From: Bdellovibrionales bacterium
GTDB lineage: Bacteria > Bdellovibrionota > Bdellovibrionia > Bdellovibrionales > UBA1609
Direction: 5' to 3'
Assembly (NCBI GenBank): GCA_963692945.1
Contig: OY843585.1
Location: 570,001 to 602,000 of the forward strand
Length of the DNA: 32,000 bases
Below are positions 16,065 to 26,007 of this stretch, one piece after another (the first letter of the stretch is position 1; each line of letters starts with the position of its first letter). The notes under the pieces are model-generated. The model ran no database searches and had not been told where the DNA came from. It saw only the letters and a list, made by a program, of their open reading frames with translations. A program made the translations under genes and the position numbers.

Positions 16065-16250
16065 TTTTTTTAAAACTCTACAAAAAAGACTAATAATCCT
16101 TATATTTGTAAGAAAAATTAAGGGATTTATGTTTTATAAATTGATATTAGTTAAGACCTACTCTTTTTTAAAACTCTGCAAAAAAAGACTAATAATCCTT
16201 GTATTTGTAAGAAAAACTAAGGGATTTATGTTTTATAAATTGGTATTAGT
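16065..16250. repeat. Two ~87-bp direct repeats in the divergent amidase / metalloprotease promoter region
   Basis: 16065..16151 and 16164..16250 ('ttttttaaaactct(a/g)caaaaaagactaataatcctt(a/g)tatttgtaagaaaaa(t/c)taagggatttatgttttataaatt(ga/gg)tattagt') differ at about 5 positions. They are separated by 'taagacctactc'. Each copy contains the imperfect palindrome AATCCTT(A/G)-N16-TAAGGGATT. Confidence 0.85.
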
Positions 16251-16380
16251 AATTAAAATATATTCTATAAATTTTAAAAATATTTTTTGTTTATAAATAG
16301 TCAATCTATGAAAAATATTCACTTTTATCAGATCCTTCTTTACTTTTTACGGATAGAAGCATAAATTCCTAAATACTCTT

Positions 16381-19300
16381 ATGTTGCAGTTTTTTAGATT
16401 TTCTTTTATTCTTTTATTTCTTTCTTCTTGCTTTCAGCAAAGATCCGCTCGTTTAATCCAAAATTTAGAGGGAACTGTTGTTTCTTTATCTGATGTTTTT
16501 CATCTTAAGTGTGTTTTAAAAACAGGGGAAAGTTTAAATAAAAAGGTGGATTGGACGAATGCAGAACATGTTGTTTTAGAAGATAAGATGGAAGATGGAC
16601 GATATAAAATGGTTGAAAAATCGTCTGTTGTTTATGAAGGTTTTGATCAAAAAACAGGGAAAAAAGCTTTAGGGCATGTGAGTGATTTTAGTTATGTTTC
16701 TATAAAAAGTGTTGAAGAAGATAGTTCCAGCCTTTTCGCTTCAACTGCAGAAAACAGTGACTCCAAAATCATTCAAAAAGGAAATCTTCATTGTGAAAAT
16801 CTATTAACACCTGAACAGCATCCTTTTATTATAGCAAAGGCAAATCACAGCTATAATGTAGAATTTCAAGTGGTTGGTAATAACTTAAGAGCTTTAATTA
16901 TTGCCTCTGCAGAAGATATACCATTTCAATCCTTACCTTACTCTGTCCAACTCAGTGACGGTCGTTATGGAATGCCAATAGGTGGATATAATATAGGTTT
17001 AGGTTATTTGGAAGAAATAGTTAATTCAGATTTTGAAGCCACCCGATCGTTGAATTTTCGGGAAGTTCCAATTAAAAATAGCAACGGACTAGAAAAGAAA
17101 GAAGTTAAGGGTATTTCTAATATTTATCCCAAAGGAGTTCAAACTCTCTTAGTGAAAGGGGAGTTCAAACCTTTTAAAACTCTTTTAGAATCTGGTGGAA
17201 AAAAAGATGTTTATCCTAAGCATTTATTAGCTGGTGATTGGTATTATGAAAATACAGTTGTGGGTTCTGCTGTTGATCAATCTCATATACACACTCGCAA
17301 TTTTAGCATAGACGATAATGGATTACCTACAAACAATATTAGAATTGTCATTAAAGAGAATTATCTTATAGCTTACAGTTTAAATATGGAGGCTGATCAG
17401 ACATCTACTAGTACTCTTAACAGAGAGAGGTCTGTTTTTACAATTCCTATACAACATAGGAGTTATGAATCAAATGGTGTTCTTTCTGGTCAGATACCTA
17501 ATGCTGGTTTAAATGAAGTTTTAAATAAAAGAATCAGTGATGAAGATAAAGATTTTATTCAAGTTCAATTTAACAAAATGGAGATAACCGTTTCTAAAGC
17601 ATTGAATTTGTTTTTTGGTAATCCTTTATGGTCTTTAGAGGAATTGCATTTAAGTAAGGATTATATCAGTTTTGTTCTTTACGATGAGAAAAAAGGGTCA
17701 AAGATCAAGCACTCTTTGTTAAGACCGAAAACAAATAGTACTTATACGCCTTTACGTGTTTCTCAAAAAAGTCACAATTTATTTCCGGCTTTTTATATAC
17801 AAAAAAGAGTTCATGATACAGATTACAACTTGTTTTCTAGAAAGTATCAAGATTCATACATTACTAAAAGATTTAATACCAATGAACCTATAGTTTACAG
17901 ATTTTCAACGACAACACCTAAATTAAAATATGTTCGTGATGTAGGGCGAGAAACTATCAATATATGGAATCAGGTTTTCAAAAAAGCAGGTGTAACTTGT
18001 GCTCAAGAAGATTGTTTTGTATTGGATGAGAGTGCAGATGCTGATGTAGGGGATATTCGTTATAATGTGTTAAATCTTATAGATCCTAGAGACCTTCAAG
18101 GTCGGTCTGGTATTATAGGTTATGGTCCTTCTTTATCAAATTTAGCAACTGGAGAGACTATATCATCTACAACAAATCTAGCTTTAAATAAATACTACAG
18201 TATGATAACGCGAACTATTTATCGTTATATTATGGAAGCTCATGGTTTGGGTCCAAGTTATTCAAGGGCTTTATTTTCCAGGAAGAAAGCGGATTTTAAT
18301 CATTTGTCTGAGTTTGATTTTATGAAGAAGCAATTCTTTTCAGGTCAATTAGGGAAATTTTTTATTCCAGATTCTTTTTATGGAGCTAAAACTCAAACGG
18401 GTCTTGTTCCTGTGTATGGTTTAAATCTTGATGATTCTATAGAAAGTAATAAGCCTATCCAATTTATCACTTCTTTAGATGAGGTGATGGCAACTCAAGA
18501 AGATAGGAATGCGTTAGCTATTCAATATAAAATAGCGACAGGAAGGAACTTAGATGCTTCTTTAAGTAGTGAAGAAGCTTATAAAAGTATTATTCAATCA
18601 GAAGTGCATAATGATTCTCAAGATGGATGTTCTCTAAGTGCATTTGGTTCAGGAGTTGGCATAGCTCAATTTGAATTGATTAGGACTTTGTGTAAGACAG
18701 AACTAAGTGATGTAGTGAAATCTGAATCTTCTCCTTTTTTGCCTCATGAAAAAATAGATTATTTACGAAAGAAATCTTATGAAAAGGATTTTGAAAGTAA
18801 AATCATTGCTTGTGTTGAAAAAGTATTACCTCTTGTTGTCTTAGGTACATCCATTCATGAGATGGGTCATAATATTTCAATGTATCACAACTTTGCAGGA
18901 TCAGCAGATAAAGAGAATTTCCTTAAACTAGAAGATTTTCAATTTAAACATGTTTTATCAGATTTAAAAGATGAAGAAAAAGAAGATTTACTCAAAATGG
19001 ATGTTATTCAACCTTCATCTTCTACATTGATGGATTATGTAGGTCCTCAGGTTATAGAATTGGTGCCAGGTATGTATGATGTTGATTTTGTTCGTTTTAT
19101 TTATGGTGGTCATTTAAAAAATAGGATAACAGAGGAAGTTATCCCAGTTGATCCTGTGACATTTGTTGATCTTAATAGTGGTGAACCATTAAATATCAAT
19201 CATATTAGACACTATAAAGTTTGTTATGGTTCTCATATATGGAATACAACAGATCCTTTCTGTCAGCTTTATGATGTAGGAACGACAGCTTTAGAGATTT

Positions 19301-22092
19301 TAGAAAATGAATATCAACGATTGGAAGATAGCTATTACCATACGGTGCCTTTTTCTAATTCTTTTTTTGTAAGAAGCCTTCCATTTTACCACAAATGGAG
19401 ACTTGAATTGTCTTCGGTTTTACAAGGTCAATTTGAGGATCCTTACTATTTATCTTCACCAGTTGTTGATGCAAAAGAATACAGTCAAACCATAAAAACA
19501 TTATGTGAGGACGATCAACATAAATTGAATGATCTTTGTAGAGCTTCTCGTTTTATGATCAATAAAATAATGGATGATGTGTTTTCTCCTGATTACTATT
19601 GTACACTTAAGTCAGCTTATTCAGAACAAATAGATCAAGTGCCTTTTAGATATCTTCACAGAGTAGTTGAAGAGATAGGACCATTTAAAAGCCAACGTTC
19701 TTCTTGTAAAGATTTTGAGAGACTTATAGGTGATAAATTAGGTCCTTATAAAGTGATAGGTGAAGTAGGGAAGCCTTTGTCTAGTATGCAATTTTCTACA
19801 GATAAAAATAATAAGCCTATTTATTTGTCAGTGGATCGTGTGGGTTCCTATATACGGAAAATCAATAGTATCTTAAGTCTTTTTATATCAACATTCCATC
19901 CTGTTACTAATAATGATAGTGTTTATAGTCCTATTAGTATTATGGATGAGCCAGATATTAGAGATTTAATTCATTCTAAATTAGAAGATCGTTTTTTGAA
20001 TGGAGTTAAAATTGCTCAAGAAGATGTCCATTTTTTTGATGGTGTTGAGTTCGATTCAAAAAAATATAATGAATACACTTATAATTTCTCAAATGACATA
20101 GAGGTTTTTAAGTTTGCTGGTTATTTATTTCGTAAAAATTTCAATGCAAGTAATCCTATTTTAAGAATGCAAAATTCAATACAGAATCTTGTTAGTAATA
20201 TACCTTACAGTTACATTAGTGACAATTTTGTAAATGACCCTACTTCAAGAGTAAAAATGGAGTATTTGAGATATTATTCTCATCTTCAAGATGTAGGTGG
20301 TTTCATTACAAATGAACCTCAAGAAGATCAATTTGTAGAGTCCATGGTTATTGAGCCTGTTAGTGATTTTGGTCGTCGGATTATTACAGGTATAAAGGAT
20401 GTGTATTTTAAGAGAGGTATCTTAAATTTATGGGCAGTATTTACTGATTTATATAAAGAAAAGCATGAAGGGTTTGTTAGAGATGTTAATGAAGACACAG
20501 ACCTTGATGAGACAGTTTGGTTTGAAAAAGTTATGTCAAATAATATTTTACAACCTGTAGCTAATTTATTTCAAGAAGAACAAGTGTTTCAGGTGGCTAC
20601 AATGATACTTCTTTATGACTATTTTGAAAGAGGTGCGGATAAAGACCTTGTTACTGATGGATTGATTCCGTTTTTACAGGCATTAAAAACTTCTAATTTA
20701 ATAGGAAGTTTGGGTTTATCTGAAAATGGTATTAGTATCAAAGCTTCAGCAAGTTATAAGGACGAAGGAGTGCCTGAAAAAAATAGTTTTTCCACGAGAA
20801 ATCCTTTGAAACCTGAATGGAAAAGTATTCAAGGTTATTTTGATAAAAACCCAGCGTCACTGTTAAAAGTAGAAACTGCAAAAACTGTTTTAGATATATA
20901 TCTTTTAGAACTTTTTAAATCTTCAGTCTATGAATCTTCTGACTTGCGAGAAGATTTTAAAACTCTTTCAGATCAAATTGTTTGTAGTCTAGAGGATAAA
21001 ATTCTAGATTTAATGGTAGAAAGAAGATATATTACAATTAGAAAAGAAGAAGTGAACTGTGACGATGTTACATATCTTCAAGCTAAGATTGTTAAATTAG
21101 AAACTCCTGCTCCTGTAACAACGGCTAATGAAAAGGAAGCTTTTACTCATCCTGTAACAATGGTTAATGAAAAGGAAGCTTTTACTCATCCTGTAACAAT
21201 GACTAATGAAAAGGAAACTCCTACTCCTGTAACAACGGCTAATGAAAAGGAAACTTTTACTCATCCTGTAACAATGGTTAATGAAAAGGAAACTCCTACT
21301 CCTGTAACAACGGCTAATTTAGAGGATGATGAACATGCTGTAGATCGTGATGAATCTTATGAACCTTTTTTCTCTCAGGTGGAAACTTCTATTCCTGTAA
21401 CAACGGCTAGTAAAGAGGATCTATCTTTACAAATTAGTGAATTGTCTAATATGCTTGATAGATTTTATTTCTTGAAGAAACAAATCCTTAAAGTGAAAAA
21501 GTTAAACCATTTTGTTCATAATAAATTTTTAAGAGAAATTTTTATAAGAGATCTTTTTATTGCTTATTCAGCAGACAATCATGATGTTGATTTATCTATA
21601 TTGAATCAAAAGATTCAAAATTTTTTGAACACAAACCCCGATGCAAAAAAAATATCTGAAATAATAAGTTCACCAAATGCGATAGCAAAAAATTACATTC
21701 ATTTTAATTTACTTATTGCTCTTTTCTCAGATAAGACAAGAGTAGCATCCAATGCTATTGAAACAGATGCTGAGTTTCATAAATACATACAAACTGAAAA
21801 AATACAAATACTAAACTTTTTGATTCATCCTTATACGCAGATTTTGGCACAGTCATTTCAACAAACGATTCAAGGTAAAATGCAAAGCTATTATAACAAG
21901 AGATACAAATCTATTTTTAAAAATAACTCTTTGGATTATTTTTTAACTCATGATTCTAGTTTGGATTTAGACTTTTTACCAAATTATTTTGATCGTTTGT
22001 TCCATAATCGTTTGCAAAAAGAAATGAAGGCACAAGAGGATGTTCTTTTGAACACATTTGATCCGTATCTTGATATTTATAGAATACAATAA
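16381..22092 (+). CDS. Giant (1,903 aa) lipoprotein zinc metalloprotease (Met-zincin, DUF4953-type) with long uncharacterised C-terminal half
   Basis: Lipobox 'LFLSSC' at aa 13-17. 'HEMGHNISMYHNFAGS' at 18856..18903 (H826, E827, H830, H836). 'SSSTLMDY' lies near 19018..19038. Upstream 'EPIVYRFSTTTPK..RDVGRETINIWNQVFKKAGV' and 'GDIRYNVLNLI' match my memory of the 'HExGHxLGLxHNF..S / SVMDY' zinc-dependent metalloprotease family. Confidence 0.75.
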   Translation: MLQFFRFSFILLFLSSCFQQRSARLIQNLEGTVVSLSDVFHLKCVLKTGESLNKKVDWTNAEHVVLEDKMEDGRYKMVEKSSVVYEGFDQKTGKKALGHVSDFSYVSIKSVEEDSSSLFASTAENSDSKIIQKGNLHCENLLTPEQHPFIIAKANHSYNVEFQVVGNNLRALIIASAEDIPFQSLPYSVQLSDGRYGMPIGGYNIGLGYLEEIVNSDFEATRSLNFREVPIKNSNGLEKKEVKGISNIYPKGVQTLLVKGEFKPFKTLLESGGKKDVYPKHLLAGDWYYENTVVGSAVDQSHIHTRNFSIDDNGLPTNNIRIVIKENYLIAYSLNMEADQTSTSTLNRERSVFTIPIQHRSYESNGVLSGQIPNAGLNEVLNKRISDEDKDFIQVQFNKMEITVSKALNLFFGNPLWSLEELHLSKDYISFVLYDEKKGSKIKHSLLRPKTNSTYTPLRVSQKSHNLFPAFYIQKRVHDTDYNLFSRKYQDSYITKRFNTNEPIVYRFSTTTPKLKYVRDVGRETINIWNQVFKKAGVTCAQEDCFVLDESADADVGDIRYNVLNLIDPRDLQGRSGIIGYGPSLSNLATGETISSTTNLALNKYYSMITRTIYRYIMEAHGLGPSYSRALFSRKKADFNHLSEFDFMKKQFFSGQLGKFFIPDSFYGAKTQTGLVPVYGLNLDDSIESNKPIQFITSLDEVMATQEDRNALAIQYKIATGRNLDASLSSEEAYKSIIQSEVHNDSQDGCSLSAFGSGVGIAQFELIRTLCKTELSDVVKSESSPFLPHEKIDYLRKKSYEKDFESKIIACVEKVLPLVVLGTSIHEMGHNISMYHNFAGSADKENFLKLEDFQFKHVLSDLKDEEKEDLLKMDVIQPSSSTLMDYVGPQVIELVPGMYDVDFVRFIYGGHLKNRITEEVIPVDPVTFVDLNSGEPLNINHIRHYKVCYGSHIWNTTDPFCQLYDVGTTALEILENEYQRLEDSYYHTVPFSNSFFVRSLPFYHKWRLELSSVLQGQFEDPYYLSSPVVDAKEYSQTIKTLCEDDQHKLNDLCRASRFMINKIMDDVFSPDYYCTLKSAYSEQIDQVPFRYLHRVVEEIGPFKSQRSSCKDFERLIGDKLGPYKVIGEVGKPLSSMQFSTDKNNKPIYLSVDRVGSYIRKINSILSLFISTFHPVTNNDSVYSPISIMDEPDIRDLIHSKLEDRFLNGVKIAQEDVHFFDGVEFDSKKYNEYTYNFSNDIEVFKFAGYLFRKNFNASNPILRMQNSIQNLVSNIPYSYISDNFVNDPTSRVKMEYLRYYSHLQDVGGFITNEPQEDQFVESMVIEPVSDFGRRIITGIKDVYFKRGILNLWAVFTDLYKEKHEGFVRDVNEDTDLDETVWFEKVMSNNILQPVANLFQEEQVFQVATMILLYDYFERGADKDLVTDGLIPFLQALKTSNLIGSLGLSENGISIKASASYKDEGVPEKNSFSTRNPLKPEWKSIQGYFDKNPASLLKVETAKTVLDIYLLELFKSSVYESSDLREDFKTLSDQIVCSLEDKILDLMVERRYITIRKEEVNCDDVTYLQAKIVKLETPAPVTTANEKEAFTHPVTMVNEKEAFTHPVTMTNEKETPTPVTTANEKETFTHPVTMVNEKETPTPVTTANLEDDEHAVDRDESYEPFFSQVETSIPVTTASKEDLSLQISELSNMLDRFYFLKKQILKVKKLNHFVHNKFLREIFIRDLFIAYSADNHDVDLSILNQKIQNFLNTNPDAKKISEIISSPNAIAKNYIHFNLLIALFSDKTRVASNAIETDAEFHKYIQTEKIQILNFLIHPYTQILAQSFQQTIQGKMQSYYNKRYKSIFKNNSLDYFLTHDSSLDLDFLPNYFDRLFHNRLQKEMKAQEDVLLNTFDPYLDIYRIQ
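21100..21318 (+). repeat. In-frame tandem 36/39-bp coding repeats (six units) in the metalloprotease C-terminal region
   Basis: 'ETPAPVTTANEK / EAFTHPVTMVNEK / EAFTHPVTMTNEK / ETPTPVTTANEK / ETFTHPVTMVNEK / ETPTPVTTAN'. The DNA is nearly identical ('cctgtaacaa(c/t)gg(c/t)taatgaaaaggaa'). A degenerate extra unit, 'ETSIPVTTASKE', lies near 21379..21415. Confidence 0.9.
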
Positions 22093-22247
22093 TCTATAAA
22101 GAACTCCTTTTATCTCCTTAGATATTTAAGTAATCATTTTATAGTTTATTAAACTTTAATTTTTCATCCATTTTCGTTGTTTGATTTTTTGTATCAACTT
22201 ATCAACTGGTCAAAAAAAATAATCAATGATATATAAAATAATTGAAT

Positions 22248-23861
22248 ATGGGAATTTATAGAATATTTCTAAATATTTTTTGTATCATCCTATTGTGTGT
22301 ATCTTGTTTAGAAAAAAAACAAAGTTTATATGTAGATTACAATTTACAAAATACTTTACGTTATCCTATTGGAGCAGAGCCACCAACTTTAGATTGGAAT
22401 AAAAGTACAGATACAACATCTTCTCTTGTTATACAAAATATTATGGAGGGGCTAACATCTTATGATTTTTCTGGAAATTTTGTAAAAATTCAAGGGGCTT
22501 TAGCTCATTCTTGGAAATCTTCACCAGATAAAATCAAATGGGTTTTCTATTTAAAAAATTCTATTTTTTGGACAGATGAGAAACCTCTTAAGGTTGAACA
22601 TTTTATTGATGGTTGGGAGAGGCTTTTAAATCCTAAAACAGGATCAGAATATGCTTATTTCTTATTTCCTATAAAAAATGCTAGAGCTTACAATCAAGGA
22701 AAGATTAAAGATTTTAATCAAGTGGGTGTTAAAAAAGGAAAATCAGGAGAGCTTATTGTTTATTTGGAAAAAAGTTTATCTTATTTTCCTTATTTGTTAA
22801 CACATCCTTCTACTTACCCTATTAGAAAAGATATCATTCAAAAAAAGAAATCTCTTTGGACGCATCCAAAAAATATTGTCACACTAGGTGCTTATCAATT
22901 GACACGATGGGATCATGATAAAGCTCTTATTTTAAAATTCAATGAGAAATATTATGGGAAAGAACCTAAGATAAAAAAAGTTATACTTTATATAATCCCT
23001 GAAGAGACTACAATTTTAAATTTATTCTCCTCAGGTCGTTTAGATATTGCTGTCAATTTGCCATCAAGAGATTTGATTTTCTTAAAAAAAAGAAAAGAGT
23101 ACAAAAGTTACGATATATTGAGCTTGTATTACTATGGGTTTAATATCCAAGCAAAATCTTTGAAAGATGTTCGTATTCGTAAAGCTATTGCTCATGCTAT
23201 TGACCGTGAAGAGATTGTGAAACTTTTAAATGGAGGTCAAAAGCCTTTAAAGAGCTGGATACCTAAAGGTTTGTTTGCTTATAATCCTAATGTTGGTTTA
23301 GATTTTAATCCTTCTAAAGCTAAAAAGATTTTAAAGGATGTAGATTTGAAACCTTCTCAAAATCATAAAATTAAAATTTTTTACAATACAACAGCAGATC
23401 ATAAAATGATTGCTGAAAATATCCAAGCTCAGTTAAAGAAAAATTTAAATATGGATGTTGAGCTTAACAATCAAGAATGGAAGACTTACTTACAAAGGTT
23501 AAAAACAAAAGAGGTAGAGTTTTTTCGTATGGGTTGGTTAGCAGATTACCCTGATCCTGATAATTTTATGAATTTGATAACCTCTTTTTCAGATAATAAT
23601 CATACCGGTTGGAAGAATGAAAAGTTTGATAAACTTGTTTTAAAAGCTATGGTTACTCCTAATGGATATCAACGGAAAAATCTTTACGACAGAGCACAAA
23701 AAATACTTTTAGAAGAAGATGTTGTTGTGATGCCGTTGTTTTCTGGTGTCTCTCATATTTTAATATCTCCTAGAATAAAAAAATATCCAATGAATGTTAT
23801 GTCAGAAGTGCTTTTTAAAGAAGTGGAATTTGTAAATCAAAAAAATAAGAAGGTTCAATAA
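22248..23861 (+). CDS. ABC transporter substrate-binding protein, family 5 (Opp/Dpp-type peptide-binding)
   Basis: Signal peptide 'MGIYRIFLNIFCIILLCVSC', possibly a lipoprotein. 'GWLADYPDPDNFMNL' and the overall family-5 layout fit. The tracked ORF starts at TTG 22242; ATG is at 22248. Confidence 0.85.
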   Translation: MGIYRIFLNIFCIILLCVSCLEKKQSLYVDYNLQNTLRYPIGAEPPTLDWNKSTDTTSSLVIQNIMEGLTSYDFSGNFVKIQGALAHSWKSSPDKIKWVFYLKNSIFWTDEKPLKVEHFIDGWERLLNPKTGSEYAYFLFPIKNARAYNQGKIKDFNQVGVKKGKSGELIVYLEKSLSYFPYLLTHPSTYPIRKDIIQKKKSLWTHPKNIVTLGAYQLTRWDHDKALILKFNEKYYGKEPKIKKVILYIIPEETTILNLFSSGRLDIAVNLPSRDLIFLKKRKEYKSYDILSLYYYGFNIQAKSLKDVRIRKAIAHAIDREEIVKLLNGGQKPLKSWIPKGLFAYNPNVGLDFNPSKAKKILKDVDLKPSQNHKIKIFYNTTADHKMIAENIQAQLKKNLNMDVELNNQEWKTYLQRLKTKEVEFFRMGWLADYPDPDNFMNLITSFSDNNHTGWKNEKFDKLVLKAMVTPNGYQRKNLYDRAQKILLEEDVVVMPLFSGVSHILISPRIKKYPMNVMSEVLFKEVEFVNQKNKKVQ

Positions 23862-23866
23862 AGGAG

Positions 23867-24967
23867 ATGACGAACAATAAATTATTTATGAAAGTTTTTA
23901 TAAGTCAATTTATTGGCTTGTCTGTACTTCTTTCTTTTTTCAGTATAGTTTTTATTAGTTTTTTTCATTATAAGATTCCATTTTTTTTATGGGTCTATTT
24001 TTTTATAAGTCTTTTTTCTATTTTTATTTATTACATTTTAGAAAAAAAGTTGTTTTTTTATGTTATAGGACGTTTTGTAGAGGCTTTAATAACTCTTTTT
24101 ATTATTTCAACAATCACATTTGTTTTATTGAGAATGTTACCGGGGGGTCCTTTTGATCAAGAAAAAATCCTTCCTCCTGAGGTTTTAGAAAATATCAATG
24201 CTCACTATCATTTGGATGAATCTTTATATAGACAATATGCTCGTTATATGTCGGGATTGTTCAAAGGCTATTTAGGGGAATCCTATAAATACACCGACCG
24301 AACAGTTACAGATATTTTAAAAGATTCTCTTCCTATCTCTATTCAATTGGGAGTCTATGCCCTTATTCTTGCTTTTTTATTAGGAATACCATTAGGTGTT
24401 TTTGCAGCTCAAAGAGCCAATACTTTATCTGATAGAGCCGCCATGGTGTTTAGTATTTCTGGTGTCTCTCTACCTAGTTTTGTGATCGCTCCTATTTTTA
24501 TTTTGTTTTTTGGTTTTTATTTAAAATGGTTTGAAGTGGCTCTTTGGGAAGGAACGTTATTTTATGTTTTACCGACAGTGATTTTAGGTTTGCGTCCAGC
24601 CTCCGTGATTGCTCGTCTCACTCGTTCCAGCATATTGGATGTTGTGGCTAGTGATTATGTGCGAACGGCAAAGGCTAAGGGATTGAGTGAAAGTATTATT
24701 TTTTATAAACACATTTTAAGAAATGCTTTTCTTCCTGTATTGACTTTTTCAGCCCCTTTGATAGCAGGTATTTTAACAGGTTCTTTTATTATTGAAAAAA
24801 TTTTTGCTATTCCAGGTTTAGGAGAACACTTTGTAAATAGTGTAACCAATAGAGATTATCCTCTTATTTTAGGAACACTTTTAATTTATAGTTCACTTTT
24901 AATTTTATCTAATATGATTGTAGATTTACTTTATGCTTACTTTGATCCAAGAATTAAAATTTCCTGA
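23867..24967 (+). CDS. Opp/Dpp-type ABC transporter permease (OppB-like) with ~60-aa N-terminal extension
   Basis: 'FVLLRMLPGGPF', 'YVRTAKAKGLSESIIFYKHILRNAFLPVLTF', 'IEKIFAIPGLG'. The family-typical N-terminus ('YVIGRFVEALITLF') starts only at about aa 63. Confidence 0.9.
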   Translation: MTNNKLFMKVFISQFIGLSVLLSFFSIVFISFFHYKIPFFLWVYFFISLFSIFIYYILEKKLFFYVIGRFVEALITLFIISTITFVLLRMLPGGPFDQEKILPPEVLENINAHYHLDESLYRQYARYMSGLFKGYLGESYKYTDRTVTDILKDSLPISIQLGVYALILAFLLGIPLGVFAAQRANTLSDRAAMVFSISGVSLPSFVIAPIFILFFGFYLKWFEVALWEGTLFYVLPTVILGLRPASVIARLTRSSILDVVASDYVRTAKAKGLSESIIFYKHILRNAFLPVLTFSAPLIAGILTGSFIIEKIFAIPGLGEHFVNSVTNRDYPLILGTLLIYSSLLILSNMIVDLLYAYFDPRIKIS

Positions 24968-24975
24968 GGAAGATT

Positions 24976-25851
24976 ATGAGACCAGAGAAAAAATTTTATC
25001 AAAAGATTTTAGAGAAAAAAGTATGTTTCTATTGTGGAATTTTTATTGTTTTAATTTCTTTTGTTGCTTTATTTGCAAACTTTATATCACCCTACTCTTT
25101 TTATGAGCAGTTTCCAGAGAGAGCTTTGGAAGGTTACTCTTGGTCTCATTGGCTCGGGACAGATCATTTAGGTAGGGATTTGTTATCTCGTATTATTTAT
25201 GGTTCTCGTATGTCTATGGCTGTTGGAGTGTTCACAGCTTTAATATCTGCTGTTTTAGGTTTGGCTTATGGATTGGTTTCTGGTTGGCTTGGAGGAATAG
25301 CTGATCGTGTGATGATGAGATTTATAGATATTATGTATTCTATACCAACTTTAGTTTTACTGATTTTAGTGAAAGTTATTTTTGATTCTTTTGTTGTTAT
25401 TGATCATCCGGAGTTAAAAGCTTTGGCAGGAACTTTAGTGGCTTTAAGTTTAGTCAGTTGGGCTTCCTTAGCTAGAGTGGTGAGAGGGCAAGTGTTGCAA
25501 GTGAAAGAAAATCTTTATATAGAATCGGCAAGGTCTTTAGGTGCCAGTCCTTGGAGAATTATCACTTTTTATATTTTACCTAATATTATGACTCCTGTAA
25601 TTATTCTTCTTACTTTTCAAATACCTTCCAACATTTTATTTGAAAGTATGTTGAGTTTTTTAGGTTTAGGACTTCAACCTCCTTTTAGCAGTTGGGGTGT
25701 TTTGGTGGATGAAGGATGGAGGTCTTTAAGCACTTATCCTCGTTTGATAGTAGGGCCAGGCATTATACTTTTTTTGACCATGTTGGCTTTCAATCTTTTT
25801 GGTGATGGATTGAGAGATATTTTTGATCCTAAAATGGAACAACTTCATTAA
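24976..25851 (+). CDS. Opp/Dpp-type ABC transporter permease (OppC-like)
   Basis: 'WLGTDHLGRDLLSRIIYGSRMSMAVG', 'ARSLGASPWRIITFYILPN', 'LSFLGLGLQPP'. Confidence 0.9.
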   Translation: MRPEKKFYQKILEKKVCFYCGIFIVLISFVALFANFISPYSFYEQFPERALEGYSWSHWLGTDHLGRDLLSRIIYGSRMSMAVGVFTALISAVLGLAYGLVSGWLGGIADRVMMRFIDIMYSIPTLVLLILVKVIFDSFVVIDHPELKALAGTLVALSLVSWASLARVVRGQVLQVKENLYIESARSLGASPWRIITFYILPNIMTPVIILLTFQIPSNILFESMLSFLGLGLQPPFSSWGVLVDEGWRSLSTYPRLIVGPGIILFLTMLAFNLFGDGLRDIFDPKMEQLH

Positions 25852-26007
25852 GTGGGATGTTGTCTCAGTTTTTCTTACATAAATTGTAATTATCTTTTTA
25901 TAAAAAATATCTAGACTTTTCCCTAGTTATTTTTTGTATTAAAGTATTTAGATATTTTTTTGGTTAGACTTACAATAAGTTTTTTAGTTTGTATAAGGAG
26001 GAATAAA

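Noticed and set aside
16129-16296. 55-codon ORF (MFYKLILVKTYSF...) running through the two 87-bp direct repeats, preceded by 'aaggga'
   Set aside because: Its frame is generated by the repeat itself. The composition is what AT-rich non-coding DNA gives by chance, and it shows no signal or motif. I cannot exclude it without conservation or ribosome-profiling data.
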